Shown here piece after piece: positions 47,774-57,551 of a DNA stretch of 57,551 nt; positions within the stretch are counted from its first letter, which is position 1; each line of letters begins with the position of its first letter. The DNA is from Gemmatimonas sp. (GTDB lineage: Bacteria > Krumholzibacteriota > Krumholzibacteriia > LZORAL124-64-63): the NCBI GenBank assembly GCA_013824755.1, contig PNOJ01000003.1, positions 1 through 57,551 of the forward strand. Reading direction: 5' to 3'. A program made the translations under genes and the position numbers. The notes under the pieces were generated by a model. That model was not told the DNA's origin and did no database searches. It saw only the letters and a list, made by a program, of their open reading frames with translations.

Positions 47774-50700
47774 TCAGGTGCGCGGCGCCGGCCGCACGTC
47801 CGCGCGCGGCAGGGTCACCTCGGCGAGGGCCCCGGCGCCGTCGGGCCGGTTGCCCAGGGTGATGGACCCCTGCATCAGCGACAGGAGGTTGCGGCAGATC
47901 GAGAGGCCCAGGCCGGTGCCGCGGCTCTTGGTGGAAAAATAAAGGTCGAACAGGCGATCGGCCACTTCTGGCGTCAGGCCCGGCCCGTTGTCGGCCCACA
48001 GCAGCGTGACGGCGTCCGGCGTCACGCGCCAGCCGACGGTCACCGCCAGGGGGGCGTGCCCGGCCGTGGCCTGCAGGCTGTTCTCCAGCAGGTTGCCGAC
48101 GACCTTCGCCAGCGAGTCGGCGTGGCCCAGCACCAGGGGCACGTCGTCGCGCTCGAGACCGGCCACGTCCGGCCCCCCGCCGCCGGGGGTGCGGTAGCGC
48201 GCGACGACGCCGCGCACGACCGCCGGGAAGGACACCGGCGCGCCGGGCGGCGTGTCGGGCCGGCCGAGCAGGCTGAACTCCGTGGCGATGGTGCGCAGCA
48301 GCTCGACCTGCTCCAGCACCTGGCGCACCGTCGCCTCCAGCAGCTCGTCCAGGTTCTCGGCCCGGTCGCGCCAGGCCTGCTGCAGGAACTGGACCGAGAG
48401 CTGGATCGGGGTCAGCGGGTTCTTGATCTCGTGGGCGACCTGGCGCGCCAGCTGCGCGTTCATGGCCAGCCGCTGGTTCTCCAGGAACTCCGTGACGTCC
48501 TCGAACACCAGCATGCGGTCGCGCCGGCCGCCGGGCAGGTCCAGCGGCGCGAGCCGGCCGCGCAGGGTCCGCGAGCGGCCGGGTGCGGTCAGCTCCGCCT
48601 CGCCGGGCTCCTCGGGGATGCGCCCGCGGAAGCCCGCCAGCAGGCGCGACGCTCGCGCGTCTTCCCCAGGCAGATCTTCGCCGGGCAAACCGTCGCCGCC
48701 ACCCTCGCCGGCGTAGAAGGCGTCGATGATGGCGCGCGCCGCGGGGTTCACCGTGACGACCCGGTCGTCGGCGTCGAACACCGCGACGCCGACCGGGACG
48801 CGCTCGAGCAGGCGGGCGAGGAAGCGCTCGCGCTCGGCCAGCGACCGTTGCGCGGTCTGCAGGTCGTCGCGCATGGCGCCGAAGCTGGCGCTCAGCCGCC
48901 CGATCTCGTCGCGGCCGGGCTCGGGCAGCGGCGCCGCGAAGTCGCCCGCGGCCAGCCGGCGCGTCGCGTCGACCAGCACGCGCACCGGGTCGAAGATCTT
49001 CCAGGTCAGCACCAGCGCGAGCAGGGCGGCGGTCACGAAGATCAGCGTGGCCAGGCCGGCCAGGAACAGCACCGTGCGCTCGCCCTGCCCGGCGAAGTCG
49101 CGCGCCCGCGCCGAGAAGGTCACCGCCAGGGCGGCGGGCAGGCGCCCCAGCCGCAGCGACCCGGTCGCGTCCTCGAAGGAGAGTGCGGGCAGGCTCAAGA
49201 GGCCGGTCCAGGCGTGCGGGCGGCCCGGCGTGGGCTGGACGTGGATGTTGCCGGGCTGGCGGCGCAGCCGGTCGAGGGTGGGCGCGGCGAGCACCAGCGG
49301 CGTGCGGCCGGCGAAGACCTGTTCGGGGTGGCTGGACAGCAGCGCCTCGCCGCCCGCGTAGAGCGTCGCCTCGCCCTGGATGACGTCGCCGAGCCCCGAC
49401 ATCAGGTCGGTGTCGACGCGCTGGCGGTAGAAGAACCAGCCGTCGCGGCGGCGGGCCACCGGCCCGTCGGTCGACGGCCCGCCGCCGGCGGCGGTGTCCG
49501 CGGGCGCCGCCGAGAGGTCCACCGGGATCAGCGTGCCCAGGTAGACGCCCAGGTCGTCGCGGATCAGCACGAGCGAGGACGAGCGGGCCTGCTCCAGCAG
49601 CAGCGCCGCCTCGTCGCGGTCGAGGTCGCTGAGCGTCTCGTCCAGCAGCAGGTCGCCGTCGGCGGTGAAGATCATGCCCTGGCGCGTGGAGAAGGGGCCC
49701 AGAGGCCGCTGGCCGGAGAGGCGGCTGGCCAGCAGATCGGCGATGTAGTCGCTCGCCGCCAGGGCGCGGGCCTGCTCCGCCAGCAGGCCCTGCAGCTGCT
49801 CCTCGGCCGCCTCCATGCCGCCGCGCGCCACGTCGCGCGCGCCCTCGGCCAGCCACTCGCGGCTCAGGCGGTCGATGAAGGTGCCGGCCAGCAACAGCGG
49901 CAGCAGCCCCAGCACCAGCGACACCGCGAGGAAGCGTTCCTGGAAGCCCAGCCTGCCCGGGGTGCGGCGGCGCAGCAGCAGGGCCGCGGCCAGCGCGACC
50001 GACCCCAGCCCGCCCGCCAGCAGCAGGTCCAGCAGGGCCAGGCGCGACAGGTCCAGCAGGCGGTCGCCGAAGCTCGGGATGCGCACGCCCAGCAGGAAGC
50101 CCTCCCCGCCGTCGCCGTCGCGCCAGAGGCAGCGGTAGGGCTGCCCCTCCAGGCGGACGCGCCCCCAGCCGCCGACGGCCCGCAGGCGGGCGATCGCCGC
50201 CTCGGAACCGGCGTCGGGCGCCGGCGCCCCCCCGGTGTCGCGCCAGCCGCGGGCGTCGCCGCGCATCAGCAGCAGCGGCTGGTCGACCTCGAGCCGGGGC
50301 GTGTAGCCGCCCGCGGCGGCGTCGACGTCGGCGCCGGACAGCCGGTCCAGGAGCGTCGCGCAGCGCAGGGACCGCGCCGGCAGTTCGAGGCTGATCCAGC
50401 CCGCGCCGCCCGGGCCGACCACCTCGCCGCGCAGCACGTGCTCGTCGCCGGCCGCGTAGCGCCGGCTCTCGGTCTGCAGGTACAGGGGGGCCGAGCGTCC
50501 CGGTCCCAGGTTCAGCGGCCGCCCGCTCTCCCACGCCGAACGGCTGCCGATCTCGTAACCCTGGTCGCGGAAGAACCCCGACGCGAAGCGGCTGACCGGG
50601 ACGCCGTCGTCGTCCAGGAGTTCGAGCAGGCAGGGCAGGCGCAGCTCGTCGATGCGCGCCTCGCGCCACAGCGTGTACGCCGACCAGTGGCGCCAGAGCG

Positions 50701-52387
50701 CGGCGGCGTCGGGGGCGTGGGCGTCGGGGACGTCGCGCAGCTCCGCGGCCGAAACCGAGAGCTCGGCCAGCAGGTCCTCCATGAGGAAGCGCACCCAGTC
50801 CTGCTGGGGCTGCACGATCTCGCCGGCCTTGGCCTGCAGCCACGCCGCCTCGCCCGCCGCGTAGCCGCGGGCCAGCGCGACGTAGTTCCAGGCGGCCGCC
50901 GCGAGCACGGGCAGCAGCCAGGCCAGCCGCCGCACCGGGTCGTCGGCCGCCGGACGCCAGCGCCCGCGCAGCCCGTCCACCGCGCCGACCAGCCAGGCGG
51001 CCAGGCCCAGCGCGGGCAGCAGCAGCGACAGGTGCAGGACCCAGAACGCGAGATGCCCGAGCGGCACCTTCGGGCCGATGAGTCGGGCGTTGGCGCCCTC
51101 GGCCAGGTGGGTCGCGAGCTCCGCGAGCAGCCAGAGCATCCCGACGGCCGCGGCGGCGGCTACCAGGGCCAGCGCCCGGTCCCGGCCGCGCGACCCCGCG
51201 ACCCGGCCCGACCGGTACCTCCGGAAGCCCGCCGCCGCCGCCGCGAGCACGACCGCCGCCAGCGCGCAGGTGAGCAGCGCGTCCAGGGCCGAGGCGAACA
51301 GCCCGCCGCCCCAGCGCGTCGCGAAGTACGTCGGGTCCAGCAGGCTGCCCACGGCGCCGGGCCCCCGGTCGGCCATCGCGCCGGGGAACGCCTGCCGCAA
51401 CCAGACGACCAGACCCGCGAGCAGCCACAGCGCGCGAGAGAGGACCAGACCGGCGACCGCGCCCGTCGCGCCGGCCAAGCTGCGGCCGAGCCCGGCGACC
51501 GCCGCGGCCCACAGCAGCAGGATCGCGGTCATCGTGCGGGCGGCGGCGGCGGAGCGGTCCGCGACCCGCGGCGGCACGGCGTAGTCGAGCCGCAGGAAGG
51601 TCAGCGCCATGTCGCCGGGCGAACTGTCCAGGGCGATGTCAGCCACGCGCACCAGGCCGCGGCGGGCGTCGCCCTGCCAGACGGCGCGCGCCGGCGCGGT
51701 GGCCTCCACCAGGCGGGCCGACGCCACGCCGGGCGGCAACCCCGTCCCGTCGACCGCGATCAGCCGGACCTGCCACTCCAGCAGGTCGTCCCCGACGGCG
51801 GTCGCGCCGCGCCAGTACCAGCCGGCGCGACCCTCGCGCACGGCCTGGCCGGCGCCGTCCAGGGGGAAGGGCTCCAGGTCGCCGCTCCAGTCCATCCGCT
51901 CCCCGTCGCGCCAGAGCGCCAGCGCCAGGGGGAAGCGGTCGCCGCCGGGCACGTCGTCGCGCCAACGCCTGCGCAGGGACGCGAGGTCGGGCGCGGCCCC
52001 GTCGCGCAGGTCGCGGACGCCCGCCGCGACCAGGCTGTCGGCCCTCGCGGCCAGGCGCGGCACGACGGCCTGGACGCGGCGCAGCTCGGCGTCCAGGTCG
52101 GCCTGCCGCGCCTGCACCCAGCGGTCGTCACGGCCCGCGTCGGGCGGCGTGGCCAGCCAGAGACCGCCCAGCAGCAGGGAGGCCGCCGCCGCGAGGCGCA
52201 GCGCCCGCCGCCGCGGCGCGCCGGCGCGCAGGGCGAGCACCGCCGCCCCGGCCGCCGCCGCCGCCAGCGCGCCCCAGAGGCGCGGGCCGGGCGCGCCGGC
52301 GCCGGCGCCGGACACGGCGAGCACGACGCCCTGCGCCAGCAGCAGCAGCGAGGCGACGGCGGTCCAGGTGCGGGCTCGATTCGGCAA
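47774..52387 (-). CDS. Very large membrane sensor histidine kinase (NtrY-like C-terminus: HAMP-PAS-HisKA-HATPase)
   Basis: Motifs DEIGRL (HAMP), AHEIKNPLTPIQL, DNGPG and FSTKSRGTGLGL, with multiple TM blocks. Start TTG 52387 inferred from a GGAG RBS. Confidence 0.85.
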   Translation of the reverse strand: MPNRARTWTAVASLLLLAQGVVLAVSGAGAGAPGPRLWGALAAAAAGAAVLALRAGAPRRRALRLAAAASLLLGGLWLATPPDAGRDDRWVQARQADLDAELRRVQAVVPRLAARADSLVAAGVRDLRDGAAPDLASLRRRWRDDVPGGDRFPLALALWRDGERMDWSGDLEPFPLDGAGQAVREGRAGWYWRGATAVGDDLLEWQVRLIAVDGTGLPPGVASARLVEATAPARAVWQGDARRGLVRVADIALDSSPGDMALTFLRLDYAVPPRVADRSAAAARTMTAILLLWAAAVAGLGRSLAGATGAVAGLVLSRALWLLAGLVVWLRQAFPGAMADRGPGAVGSLLDPTYFATRWGGGLFASALDALLTCALAAVVLAAAAAGFRRYRSGRVAGSRGRDRALALVAAAAAVGMLWLLAELATHLAEGANARLIGPKVPLGHLAFWVLHLSLLLPALGLAAWLVGAVDGLRGRWRPAADDPVRRLAWLLPVLAAAAWNYVALARGYAAGEAAWLQAKAGEIVQPQQDWVRFLMEDLLAELSVSAAELRDVPDAHAPDAAALWRHWSAYTLWREARIDELRLPCLLELLDDDGVPVSRFASGFFRDQGYEIGSRSAWESGRPLNLGPGRSAPLYLQTESRRYAAGDEHVLRGEVVGPGGAGWISLELPARSLRCATLLDRLSGADVDAAAGGYTPRLEVDQPLLLMRGDARGWRDTGGAPAPDAGSEAAIARLRAVGGWGRVRLEGQPYRCLWRDGDGGEGFLLGVRIPSFGDRLLDLSRLALLDLLLAGGLGSVALAAALLLRRRTPGRLGFQERFLAVSLVLGLLPLLLAGTFIDRLSREWLAEGARDVARGGMEAAEEQLQGLLAEQARALAASDYIADLLASRLSGQRPLGPFSTRQGMIFTADGDLLLDETLSDLDRDEAALLLEQARSSSLVLIRDDLGVYLGTLIPVDLSAAPADTAAGGGPSTDGPVARRRDGWFFYRQRVDTDLMSGLGDVIQGEATLYAGGEALLSSHPEQVFAGRTPLVLAAPTLDRLRRQPGNIHVQPTPGRPHAWTGLLSLPALSFEDATGSLRLGRLPAALAVTFSARARDFAGQGERTVLFLAGLATLIFVTAALLALVLTWKIFDPVRVLVDATRRLAAGDFAAPLPEPGRDEIGRLSASFGAMRDDLQTAQRSLAERERFLARLLERVPVGVAVFDADDRVVTVNPAARAIIDAFYAGEGGGDGLPGEDLPGEDARASRLLAGFRGRIPEEPGEAELTAPGRSRTLRGRLAPLDLPGGRRDRMLVFEDVTEFLENQRLAMNAQLARQVAHEIKNPLTPIQLSVQFLQQAWRDRAENLDELLEATVRQVLEQVELLRTIATEFSLLGRPDTPPGAPVSFPAVVRGVVARYRTPGGGGPDVAGLERDDVPLVLGHADSLAKVVGNLLENSLQATAGHAPLAVTVGWRVTPDAVTLLWADNGPGLTPEVADRLFDLYFSTKSRGTGLGLSICRNLLSLMQGSITLGNRPDGAGALAEVTLPRADVRPAPRT

Positions 52388-52511
52388 GGCTTCTCCCGGG
52401 GCGACGGCCGGCGTCGATCTTAACTCACGACGGGCTCGCCGGAAACGCCGGTTCCGCCCCCCGCGTTCCGGGCGGGGCGGGACCGGGGCGCCGGCGCGGC
52501 GGTGGACCACG

Positions 52512-52537
52512 AAAAAGGGCGCCCCGCGGGGCGCCCT
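52512..52537 (-). terminator. Rho-independent terminator of secDF
   Basis: AGGGCGCCCC-gc-GGGGCGCCCT followed by TTTT on the minus strand. Confidence 0.8.
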
Positions 52538-52559
52538 CGAACTGCCGGCGTCGGTACGC

Positions 52560-53486
52560 TCACATGGCTTCGCGGCGCCGCGGGTCCGCGACGCGCTTCT
52601 CGTGCCACCAGACCAGGATCGGCGCGGCGACGAAGATCGACGAGTAGGTGCCGATGACGATGCCGAAGGTCAGCGCGAAGGTGAAGTCGTGGATCACCGG
52701 ACCGCCGAAGTAGTAGAGCATGGCCGAGACCATGACCGTCGTCAGCGAGGTGATGACGGTGCGGCTCAGCGTCTCGTTGATCGAGCGGTCGACCACCGCC
52801 GCGTACGACTCGCCGCGCTTGCGCAGCTTCATGTTCTCGCGGATGCGGTCGAAGACCACGATCGTGTCGTTGATCGAGTAGCCGATGATCGTCAGGAACG
52901 CCGCGATGATGCTGAGCGAGACTTCCTTGTTCAGCAGCGAGAACAGGCCCAGGGTGATCGTCACGTCGTGGGCCAGGGCGATGACGGCGGCGACGCCGTA
53001 CTTGAAGATGAAGCGCACCGAGACGTAGATGATGATCAGGCCCAGGGCCGCGACCATCGAGTTGAAGGCGGCCGTCTTCAGCTCGCCGCCGATCTTCGGC
53101 CCCACCGACTCCTCGCGCCGCATCTCGACCGCGGTGCCGGGCAGCCCCTGCTCCAGGACGGCCTTCATCGCGCCGGCGGTGTCCAGCTCCGAACTCGACC
53201 TGGAGATCCCGGTGAAGGTGATCAGGAACTCGTCGGCGGACCCGAAGTCCTGGACCTGGACGCCGGGGTAGCCGCCGCTCTCGAGCAGCGAACGGACGCG
53301 CCCGATGTCCGGGGCCGGCGCCATCTTCACCTGCAGCACGGTGCCGCCGGTGAAGTCGATGCTCAGGCGCGGGCCGCCGTGGGCGACCAGCGAGACCACG
53401 CCCGCCAAGATCAGCAGTCCGGACAACACCAGCGCGTACCGGAATAACTCGCTGAACCGGACGTTCGTCTGCTTGAAGAACTGCAT
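52560..53486 (-). CDS. secF: Protein translocase subunit SecF
   Basis: Motifs IDFTGG, VGPKIG, HDV, GYSINDTIVVFDRIRE and GTYSSIF. Confidence 0.96.
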   Translation of the reverse strand: MQFFKQTNVRFSELFRYALVLSGLLILAGVVSLVAHGGPRLSIDFTGGTVLQVKMAPAPDIGRVRSLLESGGYPGVQVQDFGSADEFLITFTGISRSSSELDTAGAMKAVLEQGLPGTAVEMRREESVGPKIGGELKTAAFNSMVAALGLIIIYVSVRFIFKYGVAAVIALAHDVTITLGLFSLLNKEVSLSIIAAFLTIIGYSINDTIVVFDRIRENMKLRKRGESYAAVVDRSINETLSRTVITSLTTVMVSAMLYYFGGPVIHDFTFALTFGIVIGTYSSIFVAAPILVWWHEKRVADPRRREAM

Positions 53487-53541
53487 GCCGGAATCCTCTC
53501 CCGGGGCCCGCGGGCCCCCGCTCGCGCCGCGCGGCGTCCGT

Positions 53542-55233
53542 TCAGATTCGCAACGTCGCGTTCGCGCGGTTGCGCGTGTACGCTTCCAGGATGACCCGCG
53601 TCAGCACCAGCGCGGTGAACATGCTCGTCAGGATGCCGATGCTCAGGGTCACGGCGAAGCCCTTGATCGGGCCCGTGCCGAACCAGAGCAGCACGACGCC
53701 CACGATCAGCGTCGTCACGTTGGAGTCGATGATCGTGCGCGTCGCGTTCTGGTAGCCGGCATCGACCGCGGCGCGGGCCGTCTTGTTGCGCCGCAGCTCC
53801 TCGCGGATGCGCTCGTTGATCAGCACGTTCGCGTCCACCGCCATGCCGACGGTCAGGAAGATGCCCGCGATGCCGGGCAGGGTCAGCACCAGGCCGAACT
53901 GGGCCAGCGTCGCCATCATGATCAGCATGTTGACGACCAGGGCCAGCACCGCGACCAGGCCGACGGCCTGGTAATAGACGATCATGAAGACCACGACGAT
54001 GGCCGCGCCGATCCAGCCCGCCTTGAGGCCCTGGGCGATGGAGTCGCGCCCGAGGCTCGGGCCCACGGTCCGCTCCTCCTCGATGCGCACGTCCACGGGC
54101 AGGGCGCCGGCGCGCAGCATCAGCGCGAGGTCGCTGGCCTGGGCGCTGGTGAAGCTGCCGGTGATCGAGCCGGAGTCGGTGATCTTGGTGATGATCTGGG
54201 GCGCCGACTTGACCTTGCCGTCCAGGCTGATGGCCAGGAAGCGGCCCTCGTTGGCGCCGGTGGTCTCGCCGAAGATGCGCGAGCCGCGGCGGTCGAGCGA
54301 GAAGTTGACCTGGAACATGCCCGGCTTCTCGGTGTCGGGCTTGCTCGTGGCGGTGGTCAGGCGGTCGCCGGTCAGCGACGGCGTGCGGTCCATCAGGAAC
54401 AGGAACACGCCCGGCTGCCCGAAGGGCGAGCGCTCGTCCATGCCGAACTGCAGCTCCATGTCGCGCGGGATCACGCGCGCCGCGGGGCCGGACAGCAGCC
54501 GGCGCACCTCCTCGACGGACTCCGACGGCACGAACATGTAGCTGCCGCCGTACTGGGCCAGCTGCTCGTCCACGATGACGCGGCTCGTGAAGGGGCGCTC
54601 CCCGCCGGCGGCGGCGGCCGCGTCGGCCGCGTCCTGCACGTCCGGCAGGGCGGGCAGGTCGCCCAGCGCGTCGTCGGCGCCGGGGGCGGCCTGCGTCGCG
54701 TCGGCGGCCGCGGGTTCCGCCGTCGCGACCGGGCCGGCCGCGACCTTCAGGGCCTCGTCCAGCTTGGTGGCGACGAACGCGGCGTCCTCCCAGGGGCGCA
54801 CCAGACGGAACTCGAGGCGGGCGGTCGAACCGATCAGGCTCTTGGCGCGCGCGGCGTCCTGCAGGCCGGGCAGCTGCACGATGATGCGGTTGCTGCCCAT
54901 GGGCTTGATGTCCGGCTCGCTGACGCCGAACTGGTCCACGCGGTTGCGCAGGATCTCCACGACGCGGCTCAGGGCGTCGCTGGCCTGGGCGCCGGACATG
55001 CCCTCGGTGTTGACCTCCAGGACCAGGTACATCCCGCCTTGGAGATCGAGCCCCTTGCGGATGGCCTTCGCCTTCCAGCCGTCGATCTTGGCCTGGAGGG
55101 CCGGATCCGTGGCGGCGCGGGCCAGCATCTGGTCGTCCACCTGCGAGGCCCGCCACGTCGGGTAGAGCCCCCACAGGGAGAGCAGCACCAGCACGGCGAT
55201 CAGCAGCGACTGCAGGGTCTGGGATCGGTTCAT
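53542..55233 (-). CDS. secD: Protein translocase subunit SecD
   Basis: Motifs GLDLQGG, RNRVDQFGVSEP, LRAGALP, VGPSLG and GMAVDANVLINERIREE. Confidence 0.96.
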   Translation of the reverse strand: MNRSQTLQSLLIAVLVLLSLWGLYPTWRASQVDDQMLARAATDPALQAKIDGWKAKAIRKGLDLQGGMYLVLEVNTEGMSGAQASDALSRVVEILRNRVDQFGVSEPDIKPMGSNRIIVQLPGLQDAARAKSLIGSTARLEFRLVRPWEDAAFVATKLDEALKVAAGPVATAEPAAADATQAAPGADDALGDLPALPDVQDAADAAAAAGGERPFTSRVIVDEQLAQYGGSYMFVPSESVEEVRRLLSGPAARVIPRDMELQFGMDERSPFGQPGVFLFLMDRTPSLTGDRLTTATSKPDTEKPGMFQVNFSLDRRGSRIFGETTGANEGRFLAISLDGKVKSAPQIITKITDSGSITGSFTSAQASDLALMLRAGALPVDVRIEEERTVGPSLGRDSIAQGLKAGWIGAAIVVVFMIVYYQAVGLVAVLALVVNMLIMMATLAQFGLVLTLPGIAGIFLTVGMAVDANVLINERIREELRRNKTARAAVDAGYQNATRTIIDSNVTTLIVGVVLLWFGTGPIKGFAVTLSIGILTSMFTALVLTRVILEAYTRNRANATLRI

Positions 55234-55452
55234 GAGCGCCTCTTTGGTCTCGGGGCCGAACAGTTGCGGTACGGTGGCGCCGCGTGGCCGCCGCCGCATG
55301 CGCAAAAAAAACACGTCAAGACGTGCTCGGAAAGGGGGACGATCCGAGCGGCCGCACCCGCCGGAAGCCGCCGGAACAGCGCCGCTCATTATAGACAGCG
55401 GCCCCGGACGGGTCAACCGCTATCCCTGCCGGAGGATCCGGGCCGCCCGCCG

Positions 55453-56436
55453 TCAGCCCACCGTCACGATGGCGGGGGCCTCCCCGCTCCCGGCGCCCAG
55501 CCGGGCGGCCTCCCGGACCGCAAGCAGCGGGTCTGCGCCGGGTTCGCGGTCCGGGCAGCAGGCCGCGACCCAGCCCGGCCCGGCGGCGCCGTCCAGCAGC
55601 GCCGCGGCGGCGAAGTCCAGGGCCACGGGGTCGGCCGCGGCCAGCACGCCGAGGTCCGGCAGGGCGGCGGCCCGGGCCAGGTTGACGGCCCGGCGCTGGG
55701 GCTCGCCCAGCAGGAAGGCCAGCCAGACGCCCCGCCGCGGCTTGCCGCGCACGACCGCGGCCGCGTAGGCGCCCAGGCGCGCCTGCAGGGCGTCGCCCCC
55801 CCCCTCGGGGAATTTCAGGGCGCCGGTGTGGCACTCGGCCAGGCAGTCGCCGCAGGCGAGGCAGGTCTCGGGTCGGATCGCCGCGACGTGGCCGTTGTGG
55901 CGCACGCCGTCGTTGCCGCAGAGCGACACGCACATGCCGCAACCGCCGCAGACCGCGCGCTCGATCCGCGGCTGCACCCCCTGCTGCAGGGCGCGCTTCC
56001 CCTCGGCCGAGGCGCAGGCCAGCGCCGTGGCCCGCACCGCCCCGGCCAGCCCGGAACGTGGGTGGCACCCCAGCCGCAGCCCGATCAGCAGACCGGGGGC
56101 CGCGTGCGCGTCGCGGGACAGCGAGGCGAAGGGCACGGCGGCGTCCTGCAGCGGCACCCCGACGGCGTCGGGGCTCGGCCCCGCGAGGGGCGGCAGCGTG
56201 GCCAACGCGTGGCCGCGCTCGCGCAGGCGGTCCAGCACCGGCACCGTCCAGCCCAGGAACTGCTCCTCGGCGCGGCTCCGGTTGTGGTCCTGCAGGTGGT
56301 AGGCCAGGGGCAGGCCGGGCGGCGGGTCCAGGTCGCGCAGGACCGCCTCGACGAGCCGCACCGCCCGCCCGCCGACCGTCGCGGCGTCCGCGGCCGCGGT
56401 CAACGGCGCGTGGTAGACGACACCGGCGCGCGTCAC
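55453..56436 (-). CDS. DUF362-like protein with 2x[4Fe-4S] ferredoxin domain
   Basis: CGGCGMCVSLC and CLACGDCLAEC, and a C-terminal DLGVLAAADPVALD. Confidence 0.75.
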   Translation of the reverse strand: MTRAGVVYHAPLTAAADAATVGGRAVRLVEAVLRDLDPPPGLPLAYHLQDHNRSRAEEQFLGWTVPVLDRLRERGHALATLPPLAGPSPDAVGVPLQDAAVPFASLSRDAHAAPGLLIGLRLGCHPRSGLAGAVRATALACASAEGKRALQQGVQPRIERAVCGGCGMCVSLCGNDGVRHNGHVAAIRPETCLACGDCLAECHTGALKFPEGGGDALQARLGAYAAAVVRGKPRRGVWLAFLLGEPQRRAVNLARAAALPDLGVLAAADPVALDFAAAALLDGAAGPGWVAACCPDREPGADPLLAVREAARLGAGSGEAPAIVTVG

Positions 56437-57422
56437 GGCAGCATCCCGGTCGCGTCGCGGCGGGCCGCCTCGAGCGCCAGCAGCTCCGACACGGTCACCA
56501 GGCGCAGCCCCTGTTCCCGCAGCCGCGGCAGCTCCTCGCTCAGGATCGCCAGCGTCTCGGGGTAGGGATGGCAGAGGCCCACCGCGGCGCCGCGCGCCCG
56601 CGCCGACTTCACCAGCCGGGCGAGCAGCTCACGCACCTGCTCGCGGCTGGTCGTGCTCTGGTCCAGGAAGATGCGGTTGACGAGCGTCGGCACCCCGGCC
56701 TCGCGCATCCGCCGCGCCGCGACGGAGCGCGGCGTGGTCAGGCTGTCGACGAAGAACAGGCCGCGCGCGGCCAGTTCGTCGGCCAGCGCCGCCATCAGCT
56801 CGGGATCGGCCGTGGCGGCGCTGCCCATGTGGTTGTTCAGGCCGCGGGCGCCCGGCACGCCCGCGAGCGCGGCGTCGAGGATCGCGGCGACCTGCCCGCG
56901 GTCCATGCCCAGCCGCAGCGGGTCGGGGCCGGGATCCTGGTCGGGGTAGCCTTCGGGCTCCATCGGCAGGTGCAGCATGATCTCGCGCCGGCGCGACGGC
57001 GGCGGGGAGGCGGTCCGGTCAGGTTCGTCACGGTCCGGCAGCGCCAGCGGCGTCGCCTGCAGGGCGTCCTGGCGGGAGAAGCGCAGGCCCGGCAGGATGG
57101 AGAAGGTCAGCGGGAAGTCCAGCTCGGCGAAGCCGCGGGTCGTGGCGTCGCGACGGTGGCCCCAGTCGTCGACGACGATCGCGATCGTCGGGACGTCGAG
57201 GGGACCGAGCAGGTCGGTCAGCGACGGCGGCGCCGACGGGGCGGGCGCGGCCCGGGGCGGGACGGGACGGGTCCTCTGCGCCGACCGCTCCGCGTCGCGG
57301 TCTCGCTCGGAAGGGCCGCAGCCGGCCGGGCCGAGGGCGATCACCGGCAGCAGCGCCAGCAGGAGCGCGAGGGGAGCAACCGCCCGGCGGCGGCGGGGTC
57401 GTGTCGGGAGGGGCGGCAGCAT
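56433..57422 (-). CDS. Divergent polysaccharide deacetylase family protein
   Basis: Motifs IAIVVDD.G, LHLPMEP, GLNNHMGS, FFVDS.T, FLD and HPYPET. Confidence 0.92.
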   Translation of the reverse strand: MLPPLPTRPRRRRAVAPLALLLALLPVIALGPAGCGPSERDRDAERSAQRTRPVPPRAAPAPSAPPSLTDLLGPLDVPTIAIVVDDWGHRRDATTRGFAELDFPLTFSILPGLRFSRQDALQATPLALPDRDEPDRTASPPPSRRREIMLHLPMEPEGYPDQDPGPDPLRLGMDRGQVAAILDAALAGVPGARGLNNHMGSAATADPELMAALADELAARGLFFVDSLTTPRSVAARRMREAGVPTLVNRIFLDQSTTSREQVRELLARLVKSARARGAAVGLCHPYPETLAILSEELPRLREQGLRLVTVSELLALEAARRDATGMLP

Positions 57423-57460
57423 GCGGCCACGATACGCACGGGCCGGGAATTGTCCAACGG

Positions 57461-57485
57461 AAAGGGGGGCGCGGCGCGCCCCCCT
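57461..57485 (-). terminator. Terminator-like hairpin after a gene lying outside the window
   Basis: GGGGGGCGCG / CGCGCCCCCC stem followed by TTT on the minus strand. Confidence 0.55.
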
Positions 57486-57551
57486 GACGTCGATCTCAGC
57501 GCCGGTTGCGCCTAATTGCTATTGAGATCCGTCTGGCCGATCAAGTAGAAA

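Noticed and set aside
57512-57551. Possible 3' end of a minus-strand gene at the window edge
   Set aside because: Too short, two frames are equally plausible, and no product can be assigned.

Overview
Very GC-rich bacterial chromosomal segment. The C-terminal FlgD-Ig-type domain of a secreted protease and the DUF4159/DUF4175/TPR cluster suggest an FCB-associated lineage such as Krumholzibacteriota or Latescibacterota (inference). About 43 likely genes; most of the other long ORFs in the track are high-GC shadow frames. Main blocks: a GH13 hydrolase, a deacetylase and an M16 peptidase; a compact type IV pilus operon (pilB-C-A-M-N-O-P-Q-T-D) behind a consensus sigma54 promoter; porCDAB; aroB; a large papain-like protease; priA; a sigma54-preceded c-di-GMP signalling operon containing a frameshifted kinase/HD-GYP fusion; tsaD, nnr and a HAD hydrolase; a giant sensor kinase-DUF4159-DUF4175-TPR cluster; and secDF. 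The most unusual observation is non-coding: two homologous palindromic elements (24399-24547 and 40146-40302). Each has arms of constant 9 bp + variable 16 bp + constant 9 bp around an exactly 81-nt two-hairpin core. The 16-bp segment differs completely between the copies but is perfectly self-complementary within each. No rRNA, tRNA, CRISPR array or transposase was recognised.
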